Source: Actinomycetota bacterium
Lineage (GTDB): Bacteria; Actinomycetota; Actinomycetes; Nanopelagicales; Nanopelagicaceae
DNA length: 64,000 bases
NCBI GenBank assembly: GCA_016870365.1
Contig: VGBW01000007.1
Location: 1,317 to 65,316 of the forward strand
Direction: 5' to 3'
Part shown: positions 1-9,139 of the stretch, one piece after another
Layout of the letters: every line of letters starts with the position of its first letter
How positions within the stretch are numbered: position 1 is the first letter of the stretch
Translations under genes and position numbers: made by a program
The notes under the pieces: generated by a model
What the model was told of the DNA's origin: nothing
What the model saw: only the letters and a program-made list of their open reading frames with translations
Database searches by the model: none

Positions 1-51
1 TTGAAAGCCAACTATCTCGCGAAATCGTCTAATTGTTGCGATAATACCGCT

Positions 52-510
52 ATGAAGCGTGTTTCACAGCCAAAGGCCCCACGCCGCAAGAGTAGCCGTG
101 AATCGCAGATAATTGAGGTCATCAATCAACTCGATCAGTTCTTAGGCGCTCAACAGATCCACAAGATCTTGAGTAATGAGAAGAGTTCAATTGGATTGGC
201 TACTATCTATCGCCGCCTCGAGTTGCTAAGCGCTGAGGGCAAGATTGATGCGATTATTAGCCCCACCGGTGAGCGCCTTTATCGCCGTTGTGGCCAAATC
301 GAGGGCCATCATCACCATTTAATCTGTCGCCTCTGCGGGGCAACTGAGGAGATTGATTTGGAGGCTGTGGAATCTATAACCGCCAGGATTGCTAGGAGAT
401 ATGGCTATCAAGACATCAGTCATAGTCTGGAGGTTTTTGGCATCTGTGCTAGCTGCCAGAGCATTCAAACCTCTTCAATCAAATCTGTGTCGAAGGCCAA
501 GCTGCGATAA
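52..510 (+). CDS. Fur-family metalloregulator (Zur-like)
   Basis: The ORF is open from the window edge (1..510). An in-frame ATG at 52 gives about 150 aa, the usual Fur size. It has a winged-helix segment GLATIYRRLELL, a His-rich EGHHHHLICRLCG and a C-terminal CASC (CxxC...CxxC structural Zn site). Fur/Zur-type operators are seen at 1012 and 42063. Confidence 0.85.
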   Translation: MKRVSQPKAPRRKSSRESQIIEVINQLDQFLGAQQIHKILSNEKSSIGLATIYRRLELLSAEGKIDAIISPTGERLYRRCGQIEGHHHHLICRLCGATEEIDLEAVESITARIARRYGYQDISHSLEVFGICASCQSIQTSSIKSVSKAKLR

Positions 511-998
511 AGTCCTATTGCCTTCTCGTTTGATCTATCGGTATAGACCCAAGCTTCAGCGAAACCATCGGCACTCATTTGATTGAGAGCCAACTCCATC
601 ACCGCCTTTCCGATTGACTTGCCTTGATATTGAGGGTGTATTCCGATGACATAAATCTCACAGACCCTCCTATCGATGAGCTTATGTTCCTTGAGCCAGA
701 GCAAGCCGATATCTACGCCACCTTGCACCATGAAGAAGAGTTGATCAGCTCGAAACCACGGCTCACTCATCTTGGAGAGAAGTCGATCCATATTCCAATC
801 GCCTTGATCAGGGTGGCCCACAAAGATCGTGTTGTTCAACTTGATGAACCTTGATTCATCACTGCCTGATTTGAAACTTTCAACTTCAAACTTAGGCCTA
901 CTCAAGTCAACAATCTTCCTCGGAACCCTGGGAAGAGAACACGAAAAACGGATGATTGAGCGTTTTTCAGAGGGTTCTGGCTTGACGGCCACGATCAT
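465..998 (-). CDS. GNAT N-acetyltransferase resembling the C-terminal catalytic domain of mycothiol synthase MshD
   Basis: 177-aa ORF with the acetyl-CoA motif [20 protein letters not shown]. The stretch [10 protein letters not shown]...PWF resembles the MshD C-domain signature (AF..HPEQG.W...PWF). There is no SD, but TAGTAT lies 6 nt upstream of the ATG, which suggests a leaderless start. The 3' end overlaps the fur-like gene by 46 nt (convergent). Confidence 0.75.
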   Translation of the reverse strand: MIVAVKPEPSEKRSIIRFSCSLPRVPRKIVDLSRPKFEVESFKSGSDESRFIKLNNTIFVGHPDQGDWNMDRLLSKMSEPWFRADQLFFMVQGGVDIGLLWLKEHKLIDRRVCEIYVIGIHPQYQGKSIGKAVMELALNQMSADGFAEAWVYTDRSNEKAIGLYRSLAFDTDLIEEV

Positions 999-1011
999 AG
1001 CGAGATACTAG

Positions 1012-1026
1012 TGATAATCATAATCA
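1012..1026. promoter_or_regulatory. Fur/Zur-box-like 7-1-7 inverted repeat TGATAAT-C-ATAATCA
   Basis: Seen directly in the 45-bp divergent region between the GNAT (998) and the COG0523 remnant (1044). GATAATCATAATCATT differs at one position from the classical Fur-box core GATAATGATAATCATT. It overlaps the likely -10 and spacer regions of both divergent promoters. Confidence 0.5.
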
Positions 1027-1043
1027 TTTGTAAGGAGACCGCC

Positions 1044-1252
1044 ATGGCTCAGACTATACCTGTCACCGTTCTAACCGGGTTCTTAGACTCAGGCAAGACC
1101 ACCCTGCTTAATCGAATATTGACCGAGAAGCATGGAATGCGGATTGCAGTTATTGAAAATGAATTCGGTGAGTTGGTATAGATGACGCTTTGGTTATGGC
1201 CTCAGATGAAGAGATCTTTGAGATCGGACTACTAGATAGTTACACTATAGAG
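1044..1252 (+). pseudogene. Remnant of a COG0523/CobW-family G3E GTPase (zinc-metallochaperone type)
   Basis: AAGGAG SD then ATG at 1044. Translation gives [43 protein letters not shown] (P-loop GxxxSGKTT plus the ENEFGE motif) and then a stop at 1179. The family sequence continues in another frame from 1175 ([17 protein letters not shown]), consistent with loss of 1 nt (gag [g]tt ggt). After EEIFEI the expected CxCC region and the remaining roughly 250 aa are absent, and the frame runs into the ICMT gene. Confidence 0.7.
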
Positions 1253-1702
1253 ATGAAGGGCAAGTTGCTGGTCTCACTGCAATTCGTCCTGCTTTTTTCC
1301 CTCGCTCTTATGCCGGGTTCAAAAGCTAGCTCTCCGGCTAGATCTTCAATTGCAATCGCGCTGGCTCTCATTGCTCTTCTGATTCTGCTGCGCAGTTTCA
1401 AGGATTTGGGAAGCGCGCTGACTCCACTTCCCGAGAGCAAAGAGGGGGCAAATTTAGTCACTAGTGGCATCTACTCTTACATAAGACATCCGATCTATTC
1501 CGCACTCTTTATTCTCGCGCTAGCGGCTTATCTCTGGAAACAGAGTGGGAGCGTCTTTATTGCTGCACTCTTGCTAGTTGCTTTGTTGATCTACAAAGCA
1601 AGATATGAAGACGAGATCTTGCTAAAGAAATTTCCTGAAAGTCTTGGGTTTCAAGAATCAACTCCGGCCTTCTTCCCAAAATTGAGGAAAGAACGAGCTT
1701 AA
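1253..1702 (+). CDS. Isoprenylcysteine carboxyl methyltransferase (ICMT)/phospholipid methyltransferase family membrane protein
   Basis: Motif LVTSGIYSYIRHPIYSALFILALAAY plus several TM segments. The track ORF starts at 1190, but residues before the ATG at 1253 belong to the COG0523 remnant. Confidence 0.8.
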   Translation: MKGKLLVSLQFVLLFSLALMPGSKASSPARSSIAIALALIALLILLRSFKDLGSALTPLPESKEGANLVTSGIYSYIRHPIYSALFILALAAYLWKQSGSVFIAALLLVALLIYKARYEDEILLKKFPESLGFQESTPAFFPKLRKERA

Positions 1703-2199
1703 TGACCATAGAGTTGGTGCGCCTCTTAAAGCATATGGCTTGGGCAAATCAACTAACGATCAAGCATCTACTAACCCTTCCCCTAGAGGCCCTCAAGGCC
1801 TATGCCACAAATCCCGAGTGGTCTGTCGCTGAAATTACTCATCACATTGTTGATTCAGCAGATTCCTATGCCTATCGCATCAGCGGTAGCCATCCTGAGC
1901 TTTCTGGAGATTCGATCCAAGGGATAGAGAAGATTGCTGACTTAGAGGTACTTGCTAAGCAGGCTGCGGCCATTGATTCTGCTCTATTGCAGTCTGTGAA
2001 ACTAGATGATGAGCAATTGGAGCTTATGAACCATTCAGGAAATCTCGTTAAGAGATGGCGCTCCACCATTCTTTCTCAATCAATCCACCATGCCACAGAA
2101 CATCGAGCGCAGATTGCCGGAGCCTTAGAGGCAAAGGGCTTTAAGCCAGTGAACCTCGATGATTTAGACCTTTGGAGCTACGAGATTAAGAATGGGTAA
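1702..2199 (+). CDS. DinB-family protein
   Basis: 165 aa with spaced His residues typical of the DinB four-helix bundle (HHIVDSADSY ... HHATEHRAQI). The start overlaps the upstream stop (TAATG). Confidence 0.8.
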   Translation: MTIELVRLLKHMAWANQLTIKHLLTLPLEALKAYATNPEWSVAEITHHIVDSADSYAYRISGSHPELSGDSIQGIEKIADLEVLAKQAAAIDSALLQSVKLDDEQLELMNHSGNLVKRWRSTILSQSIHHATEHRAQIAGALEAKGFKPVNLDDLDLWSYEIKNG

Positions 2200-2255
2200 G
2201 ACAGCGTAAACTACCGCTATATTCTTTAAAGTCTCTGCAGAGAGGAAATAGTGGT

Positions 2256-2375
2256 ATGTGTAGCAGAGTTAGGTGTCGTTCTTGTGGCAAGTGGACCTGG
2301 GAGGGCTGCGGAGAACATATCGTCGAAGCGCTGGCCGGAATAAGTAAAGACCAGATCTGCATCTGTTCGCGCTAG
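2256..2375 (+). CDS. Small Cys-rich protein (39 aa), hypothetical
   Basis: It falls below the ORF-track cutoff. GAGGAAA lies 8 nt upstream of the ATG. The translation is MCSRVRCRSCGKWTWEGCGEHIVEALAGISKDQICICSR (7 Cys). The stop overlaps the stop of the convergent photolyase-like gene by 4 nt. Confidence 0.4.
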   Translation: MCSRVRCRSCGKWTWEGCGEHIVEALAGISKDQICICSR

Positions 2376-3853
2376 AGTTTTCCTTGATCTAGTTTTGTAA
2401 GAACTTCTTTAGCCCTAGCTCTCACCTCAGCTAGATCCTTTAGCCTATCCAGCCCAAGTAGTTGTTGGGCCATCCGGTGGTTGCCTCTAAATTCTTCGCG
2501 ATGCCTATCTAGAAAGTCCCAATAAAGGGTTGTAAAGGGGCAGGCATCATCACCGGTGCGCCTCTTTGGATCGAAGTAACAACCTTTGCAATGAGTACTC
2601 ATCCTTGAGATATAGGCGCCCCCTGCTGCATATGGTTTAGTCATCATCATTCCACCATCTGCATGAACCCCCATGCCAATGACATTGGGGACCATCACCC
2701 AATCACTAGCATCGACAAAAACCTCTCTCATCCATTGGAGAAATTGCTGCGGACTAATTCCAGCAATTAAAGCAAAGTTACTTAGGATCATTAGCCGCGG
2801 GATGTGATGGACCCAGGCGCGCTCTTTGATATCGGCGATGGTGTTCTTAAGGCAGTTCATCTTGGTTTTGCTTGGATCGCTAAAGAGAAATGGTAGCTCT
2901 CGCTTGGCTCCTAATTCATTGCTCTGACGATACTCTTTTCCTAGATACCAATACATTCCATTGACATACTCACGCCAGCCGATGATCTGTCGGATAAAGG
3001 CCTCTGCAGAGGCGATAGGAATATCTCCCTTTTCAAATCTCTTGATAGCAGCCTTCACAACCTCTTCTGGATGAAGCAGGCCATTATTCAAGTAAGGACT
3101 TAAGAGTGAGTGATGTAGCGCCCAGCTCTCATCGGTAATGGCATCTTCATAGGGGCCAAAGTTTGCAAAGTGATTTCTGAGAAAGTTATCCAATTGTTTC
3201 AGCGCGCCTGATCTGGCGGTGGCCCAATTTCCAGAAGGGGTATGTTCTAATTCTTTGGCCACCTGCAGATCCATCTCATCTGGAACATGGGTTAGATACT
3301 TGGGCCACTTGTAATTCTTTGGAGGTGGGAGGCGATTTTCCCTATCAAAGTTCCAAGCGCCCCCCAGTGGCTTTGCTTTATCCATCAATATATTGAGCCG
3401 GACTCTCTGTTTGCGATAGAAATCCTCCATCAAGTAGCTCTTCCGTCCCTCTGCCCATTTGGCAAAGAGCGGTCGAGGGGTGAGGAAGAAATCATTTTCA
3501 ACAAAGCTCACGCCATATTCACTAAGTGATTGATAGAGCCGGTGTGATGAGGGTTCTGCAGCAAATATTCTTGCTCCCTTATATTTCTTTGAAAGCTGAT
3601 CAAGACCAGCGGTGGTGCTTGCAGCTTCTATATATTCGACTTTGAAACCTTTTTCTTTCAACTCTTGCGCAAAGTGTTTCGCACTTGAGATTAAGAAGTA
3701 AAGTCGCTCAGGATGCCAATTCTTCCCAGAGGTCATCGGCTCACTTTGGATCATTGCCATTACATCGCTTTTGGCATCAGCGCTATTTAGAACCCCGTAT
3801 TTTGCGTGTAATTGATCAAAGCCGATGTAGAGGATGCGCTTCACGATGCGCAC
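2372..3853 (-). CDS. Cryptochrome/photolyase family protein of the Fe-S (FeS-BCP, PhrB/CryB-like) type, putative (6-4) photolyase
   Basis: 493 aa. The C-terminal part carries the four-Cys pattern C...CxxC...C (MNC ... HCKGC ... DACPFTTLYWDFL) that characterises [4Fe-4S] bacterial cryptochrome/photolyases. Confidence 0.85.
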   Translation of the reverse strand: MRIVKRILYIGFDQLHAKYGVLNSADAKSDVMAMIQSEPMTSGKNWHPERLYFLISSAKHFAQELKEKGFKVEYIEAASTTAGLDQLSKKYKGARIFAAEPSSHRLYQSLSEYGVSFVENDFFLTPRPLFAKWAEGRKSYLMEDFYRKQRVRLNILMDKAKPLGGAWNFDRENRLPPPKNYKWPKYLTHVPDEMDLQVAKELEHTPSGNWATARSGALKQLDNFLRNHFANFGPYEDAITDESWALHHSLLSPYLNNGLLHPEEVVKAAIKRFEKGDIPIASAEAFIRQIIGWREYVNGMYWYLGKEYRQSNELGAKRELPFLFSDPSKTKMNCLKNTIADIKERAWVHHIPRLMILSNFALIAGISPQQFLQWMREVFVDASDWVMVPNVIGMGVHADGGMMMTKPYAAGGAYISRMSTHCKGCYFDPKRRTGDDACPFTTLYWDFLDRHREEFRGNHRMAQQLLGLDRLKDLAEVRARAKEVLTKLDQGKL

Positions 3854-3883
3854 AATTGTATTGACCCTGATAGATTTTGCGCT

Positions 3884-4948
3884 ATGGATTTAGATAATCT
3901 GAAATTTGGCCTCGATACCTTCGGTGATATGCAAAACGACGATTCTGCAACCCCTATCTCTGCTGCTGCCACGATCAGAAATGTGGTGGAGCAGGCAGTC
4001 TTGGCAGATGAGCTCGGCATTGATCATTTCAGTATCGGTGAGCATCACCGTGATGACTTTGCTATCTCCTGCCCTGATACCGTTCTTGCTGGCATTGCCA
4101 CTAGAACAAGGCAGATAACGCTAGGAACCGCAGTCACAGTTCTATCAAGTGATGATCCAGTCCGGGTTTATCAAAGATTTGCCACCATTGATGCGCTCTC
4201 AAATGGTCGAGCTGAAATAACCGCAGGGCGCGGTTCATTTATTGAATCATTTCCACTATTTGGGTATGAACTTTCAGATTACAGTGCCTTATTTGAAGAA
4301 AAGCTTGAGCTATTAGTTGAGATATTGAAAGAACATGCCGTCACCTGGTCAGGAACTATGCGCGCACCGCTAATTAATCAAGAGATTTATCCCAAAACCG
4401 AGCGTGGCAGCATTCCACTCCGCGTAGGAGTTGGTGGAACACCAGAGTCAGTGGTGAGGGCTGCGAGAGTAAACGCCAAATTGGCTATCGCCATTATTGG
4501 TGGGGATCCAGCTCGATTCAAGCCCTTTGCAGATCTTTATCGAAGCTCAATGCAGGAATTTGGTCATCAAGTTCTGCCGATTTCAATTCACTCTCCAGGC
4601 CACATTGCCGCATCACAAGAGATCGCAATTGAGGAGCTCTGGCCACATTATCAGGTGATGTTTGGTCGAATCGGCAGAGAGAGAGGCTGGGGCCAGGTCA
4701 CAAGAGAGCACTTCATCAATGAGGTGAAATACGGCTCCTTCTATGTGGGAAACCCAGAGCAGGTGGCTAGAAAGATCGCCTATGCGATGAAGTCGCTAGG
4801 AGCCCAGAGATTTGATTTTAAGTATCCAAATGGACCTATGGCGCATGGCAAGTTAATGAGCTCCATTGAGCTCTATGCCAAAGAAGTAATACCCATGGTA
4901 AGGGAGAATTTGGTCAGCCGGAAAGACAGTTCTCTAACCCGAATTTAA
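3884..4948 (+). CDS. LLM-class (luciferase-like) flavin-dependent oxidoreductase
   Basis: The N-terminus MDLDNLKFGLDTFGD..., the motif FSIGEHH and the length (about 355 aa) are typical of the family. I chose the ATG at 3884. The track start at 3812 would overlap the divergent gene. Confidence 0.85.
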   Translation: MDLDNLKFGLDTFGDMQNDDSATPISAAATIRNVVEQAVLADELGIDHFSIGEHHRDDFAISCPDTVLAGIATRTRQITLGTAVTVLSSDDPVRVYQRFATIDALSNGRAEITAGRGSFIESFPLFGYELSDYSALFEEKLELLVEILKEHAVTWSGTMRAPLINQEIYPKTERGSIPLRVGVGGTPESVVRAARVNAKLAIAIIGGDPARFKPFADLYRSSMQEFGHQVLPISIHSPGHIAASQEIAIEELWPHYQVMFGRIGRERGWGQVTREHFINEVKYGSFYVGNPEQVARKIAYAMKSLGAQRFDFKYPNGPMAHGKLMSSIELYAKEVIPMVRENLVSRKDSSLTRI

Positions 4949-4992
4949 TTAGGAATGACCTAGAAACTTGAAATAGCAAGATTTGTAATACC

Positions 4993-6291
4993 ATGCCTTA
5001 TCCTTATTCAATGCAAATGATGCTAGCCATCTCTATTTTCGTCATCGCCTATATATTCATAGCCACTGAAAAGATTAGTAGAGTAGCAATAGTTCTTGTT
5101 GGCGCGGCAGCGATGGTGATAATTGGCGCAACTGATGCCGACAAGGCTTTCTATAGCCATGAGACGGGAGTCGACTGGGATGTAATCTTTCTACTCCTTG
5201 GCATGATGATTATTGTGGGTATTATTCATAAGACAGGGCTATTTGAATATGTTGCTGTCAAGGCCATAAGGAAATCTAAGGGAAATCCCAGGATAGCTCT
5301 AGTTTATTTGATGATCTTGACGGCTGTGGCTTCAGCAATTCTAGATAATGTAACCACCATACTCCTGGCAGTACCAATGACTGTGATTATCACTAGGCAC
5401 CTCCAAGTATCGCCAATTCCCTTCATTCTTGCTGAGGTATTCGTCTCGAATATCGGGGGAGCTGCCACTCTGGTGGGAGATCCCCCGAATATCATCATTG
5501 CAAGCAAGGCCGATATTTCATTTAATGCCTTCTTAGTTCATATGGCACCGCTTGCTCTCTTGGTTCTAGCCGTGATTATTCCTTTTCTAGTTTTTTTCTT
5601 TAGGAGAGAGTTGATTAATTCTCCAGAGGCAAGAGATTTAGTAATGCGCTTAGATGCTAGGGAATTTCTCAATGATTTGGTCTTACTGCGCAAGTCACTG
5701 GTTGTCCTTGCCCTAGTAATGATTGCATTTGTGCTTCACTCTGCGCTGCACCTGGAGCCCTCGATAGTGGCGCTTCTGGGCGCCGGAGTGCTTGCGGCCA
5801 TTAGCGGCCTTAAGCCGAAAGACTATATGCAAGATGTGGAGTGGCCAACGCTAACCTTCTTCATTGGGTTATTCATTATGGTTGGTGCCTTAGTAAGCGT
5901 TGGAGCATTAGGGGAATTTGCAGAGTTTCTCAAAGGAATCTTTGGCGATGATGCCCAACTGGCCTCGATGGTGATTATTGGGGCCTCCGCTCTTCTCTCT
6001 GGGATTGTAGATAACATCCCATATGTTGCATCAATGACTCCAGTGGTTGCTGAATTGAGCCAGAACCTAACTGGAAGGCAAGAAAATGTGCTCTGGTGGT
6101 CTCTGGCATTTGGTGCAGACTTCGGTGGGAATGCCACCATCATCGGAGCGAGTGCAAACGTAGTGGCTATTGGACTTGCTGCCCGAGCTGGTTACGCCAT
6201 TTCCTTTTGGAAATTTGCCAGAAGTGGGGTCTTGGTCACCTCGATCAGTATCGCCTTGGTCTACCCCTATATTCTTCTGCGCTATTTTTGA
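4993..6291 (+). CDS. ArsB/NhaD-superfamily (SLC13-like) permease
   Basis: 432 aa and polytopic. The motifs SAILDNVTT and GGAATLVGDPPNIII are typical of this ion-transporter superfamily. Confidence 0.8.
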   Translation: MPYPYSMQMMLAISIFVIAYIFIATEKISRVAIVLVGAAAMVIIGATDADKAFYSHETGVDWDVIFLLLGMMIIVGIIHKTGLFEYVAVKAIRKSKGNPRIALVYLMILTAVASAILDNVTTILLAVPMTVIITRHLQVSPIPFILAEVFVSNIGGAATLVGDPPNIIIASKADISFNAFLVHMAPLALLVLAVIIPFLVFFFRRELINSPEARDLVMRLDAREFLNDLVLLRKSLVVLALVMIAFVLHSALHLEPSIVALLGAGVLAAISGLKPKDYMQDVEWPTLTFFIGLFIMVGALVSVGALGEFAEFLKGIFGDDAQLASMVIIGASALLSGIVDNIPYVASMTPVVAELSQNLTGRQENVLWWSLAFGADFGGNATIIGASANVVAIGLAARAGYAISFWKFARSGVLVTSISIALVYPYILLRYF

Positions 6292-6304
6292 TAGCTCGCC
6301 AGAT

Positions 6305-6871
6305 CTAATTCTTAGCTAGCCAGCCCCAGACCGACTCTCCTCCTGAATGGCCAGTTAGAAAGATGTAGATCAAGGCCAAGAGGGCAGATAAAGCTAGAAG
6401 AATCGAAACAAGCCTTCTAACTCTTGGTGAACCGACAGTTGAGCCTGAGCGATCCATTCGAAATCTTATGAATAGTAGAACCAGAAGCGGGATAAAGGTG
6501 AAGGGAGCGATTTCGCCATAGCTTTGGTGGCGCTCTACCTCTTTACCAAGGCGCTCCTTAAAAATCTCACCACTTGCTTTGGCTACGAATAGAGACAGTT
6601 GAGCGATTACTGCCAATATCAAAACTGGTCTGCCATAGCGTCTTGAAAAACTTGGCCAATAAGACATGGCCAAGGCCGCTAATGCTATAAGAGGCACCAG
6701 AACCACTGGAGCGTGAGAGGCCAGAGGGTGAAGTGGCAGTCCAGCAATTAGATCAAAAGGGCCACCAAGATCATCGCCATTAAATGATTTCACAGCGCTA
6801 AGTATAGAGACTTTAGATTCCAGCAGCGTGACCTTCACACCGTGGATCAGAGCCTGCGATGTAGGTTCCAT
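6305..6871 (-). CDS. Hypothetical integral membrane protein
   Basis: Four clear hydrophobic helices. The start is uncertain (ATG at 6871 or GTG at 6838). The track start at 6913 would overlap ggt by 101 nt. Confidence 0.55.
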   Translation of the reverse strand: MEPTSQALIHGVKVTLLESKVSILSAVKSFNGDDLGGPFDLIAGLPLHPLASHAPVVLVPLIALAALAMSYWPSFSRRYGRPVLILAVIAQLSLFVAKASGEIFKERLGKEVERHQSYGEIAPFTFIPLLVLLFIRFRMDRSGSTVGSPRVRRLVSILLALSALLALIYIFLTGHSGGESVWGWLAKN

Positions 6872-8402
6872 TGGGGAGCACTTCGAGTAATTGCACCGCA
6901 GATCCATGGCCATAGGCAGATAGCTCTTCGACGCTATGGCCTCTAGCGCTAAGGGATTGTTGAATCTCTTTTTCTACTCTATTTTCAATCTGAAGCACCC
7001 CTTCATATTTCTCATCAAGGGAAGAACCACCCGATTTGTTTAAGTGTTGCCAGCGAGGAGCTTCCGCGTTCTCTTGGGGGTTCATCTTTAGATCAATAGC
7101 ATTAACAATTAATTGGAAATTGCTCTGCACTTGGATATTTGCCCCAGGAGTTCCTCCCATATAGACAAGTGAGCCATCAACTCTTGTTGCTGACCAGGCA
7201 TTAAGGGTGTGAGCCGGGCGCTTTCTTGGCGCAATGAAGTTTGGTGATTCTGGATCTAGTGAGAATCCAGTTAAGCGGTTGTTGAGCAAGATCCCAGTAC
7301 CCTCAATGGCCCATGATGCGCCAAAGCCGTGAAAAACACTTTGGATCCAGGAGAGAGCATTTCCGTCTCTATCGGCCACTAGAAAATAGGTGGTATCACT
7401 TCCCTCATTAGAGATCGTTGGCTCACCTAGATTTGCCTTAGCGACGTCTATTTGGCTGCGCCTGTGGGCAATACTTGCACTTGAGAAGAGTTCTTCAAGG
7501 TTCATATCGATATGTTCTGGGTCTCCAAGGAGAGAGTAGCGATCGGCAAAGGCGATCTTCTTTGCCTCCACCATTAAATGAATTCGATCCGCCTCTGTAA
7601 GATTTGCCAGGTCAAAACCCTCTGCAATCAATAGCTCCTCAAGCAAGATCATTCCTTGACTTGGTGGGGGTTGGCCATGGATAAAGTAATCTCGATACTT
7701 AATGGAAAGAGGTGGTAGAACTCTACTTCTATGTTCTGCAAGATCTCGAAGGCTAAACCAGCCATCACTTGCCTCTACTAGTTTTCTGGCTATTTCTCCC
7801 TGATAGAAGGCATCTCTTCCCTCTAGTGCGATAGCCTCTAAAGAATCTGCCAGATCGCTCTGGATTACTAAATCACCAATTTTTAGGTTGGCAGCGATAC
7901 CAAGGCTTTGAAAGACCTCGGTCTCGGGGAATGTACTTAGGTGTCCAGCAATTCTGTTTATGAATCCAGAGTTAGCGGCAAAGCCATTTCGCGCATAATC
8001 AAGTGCTGGTGCCAAGATTTGATCCATAGACAAAAGGCCATACTCCTTATGTATTTCAAACCAGGTTGAAACAAGGCCAGGAACTGTCGCGCTTTTATAT
8101 CCATGATGGTCAATTCCATTCTCGAATTGATCAGCACAAGCACTATGTGGAGCCTCACCACTTCCATTGAAGGCTAGATTCTTTTTCTTGCCCGCGCTAT
8201 GTGAGATAACAAAAGCATCTCCGCCAAGGTGAGATGCTCCAGGTTCTACAACTGCCAGTACTGCGCTAGTTGCAATTGCAGCATCTCCTGCAGATCCACC
8301 TTTGGTAAGAATCTCAATACCGGCAGAGACTGCTAATGGTTGACTTGCGGCAACAATTCCATTTCTGGAATACACAGGGGAGCGATGTGTGCTCTGGCTC
8401 AT
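6813..8402 (-). CDS. ggt: Gamma-glutamyltransferase family protein
   Basis: 529 aa. It has the autoprocessing/nucleophile region EGSDTTYFLVADRDGNA and the motif GGTPGANIQ. No obvious signal peptide is present. Confidence 0.9.
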   Translation of the reverse strand: MSQSTHRSPVYSRNGIVAASQPLAVSAGIEILTKGGSAGDAAIATSAVLAVVEPGASHLGGDAFVISHSAGKKKNLAFNGSGEAPHSACADQFENGIDHHGYKSATVPGLVSTWFEIHKEYGLLSMDQILAPALDYARNGFAANSGFINRIAGHLSTFPETEVFQSLGIAANLKIGDLVIQSDLADSLEAIALEGRDAFYQGEIARKLVEASDGWFSLRDLAEHRSRVLPPLSIKYRDYFIHGQPPPSQGMILLEELLIAEGFDLANLTEADRIHLMVEAKKIAFADRYSLLGDPEHIDMNLEELFSSASIAHRRSQIDVAKANLGEPTISNEGSDTTYFLVADRDGNALSWIQSVFHGFGASWAIEGTGILLNNRLTGFSLDPESPNFIAPRKRPAHTLNAWSATRVDGSLVYMGGTPGANIQVQSNFQLIVNAIDLKMNPQENAEAPRWQHLNKSGGSSLDEKYEGVLQIENRVEKEIQQSLSARGHSVEELSAYGHGSAVQLLEVLPNGTYIAGSDPRCEGHAAGI

Positions 8403-8428
8403 AATGTTAAGGGTATAGGCTGAGCGGC

Positions 8429-9136
8429 ATGTCTAGTGCAAAAATTGAATTCAGAGATTTGAGTAAGCACTATAAAGACGTCTTAGCCGTCTCTAACTTC
8501 TCAGCCCAGGTGCAATCAGGTCGAGTTACCGGATTTCTTGGCCCCAATGGGGCAGGGAAGAGCACCGCGCTTCGCTGCCTGTTAGGCCTGGTAACCCCTA
8601 CTAATGGAAGTGCTTTGATAAACGGGGGAGGTTACAGTCAATTAGAAGATCCCATTCGTAAAGTTGGAGCAGTTTTAGATAGTAGAGGCTTTCACCCAGG
8701 CTTGACTGCCAAACAGAATCTGAAAGTTATGGCTAGCGCAACCGATATCAACTTCTCTCGAATCGATGAAGTTTTAGAGCTCGTGGATCTTGCAGGCACT
8801 GCTTCCAAGCGAACCAAGGGATTTTCGCTGGGCATGAAGCAGCGACTCTCGCTAGCTATCGCCATGTTGGGCGATCCTGAGATCTTGATTCTTGATGAAC
8901 CGGCAAATGGTCTTGATCCTCTAGGAATTGTCTGGCTCCGGGAGTTTCTCCAGAAGTTGGCAGGTGAGGGAAGAACGATCCTGGTCTCCTCTCATCAGTT
9001 AGCTGAGATGCAGAACACTGTCAATGATGTCCTAATCATCAACAAGGGAGTTTTGGTCGCCCGAGGGAGCATCAAAGAGATCTGCCAGGGAGGGTCTTTA
9101 GAGGAGGCTTTCTTGGAGTTGACCTTCAAGAAATAG
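8429..9136 (+). CDS. ABC transporter ATP-binding protein (ABC-2 type)
   Basis: Walker A GPNGAGKST, signature FSLGMKQRL and Walker B ILILDEP. Confidence 0.9.
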   Translation: MSSAKIEFRDLSKHYKDVLAVSNFSAQVQSGRVTGFLGPNGAGKSTALRCLLGLVTPTNGSALINGGGYSQLEDPIRKVGAVLDSRGFHPGLTAKQNLKVMASATDINFSRIDEVLELVDLAGTASKRTKGFSLGMKQRLSLAIAMLGDPEILILDEPANGLDPLGIVWLREFLQKLAGEGRTILVSSHQLAEMQNTVNDVLIINKGVLVARGSIKEICQGGSLEEAFLELTFKK

Positions 9137-9139
9137 CCC

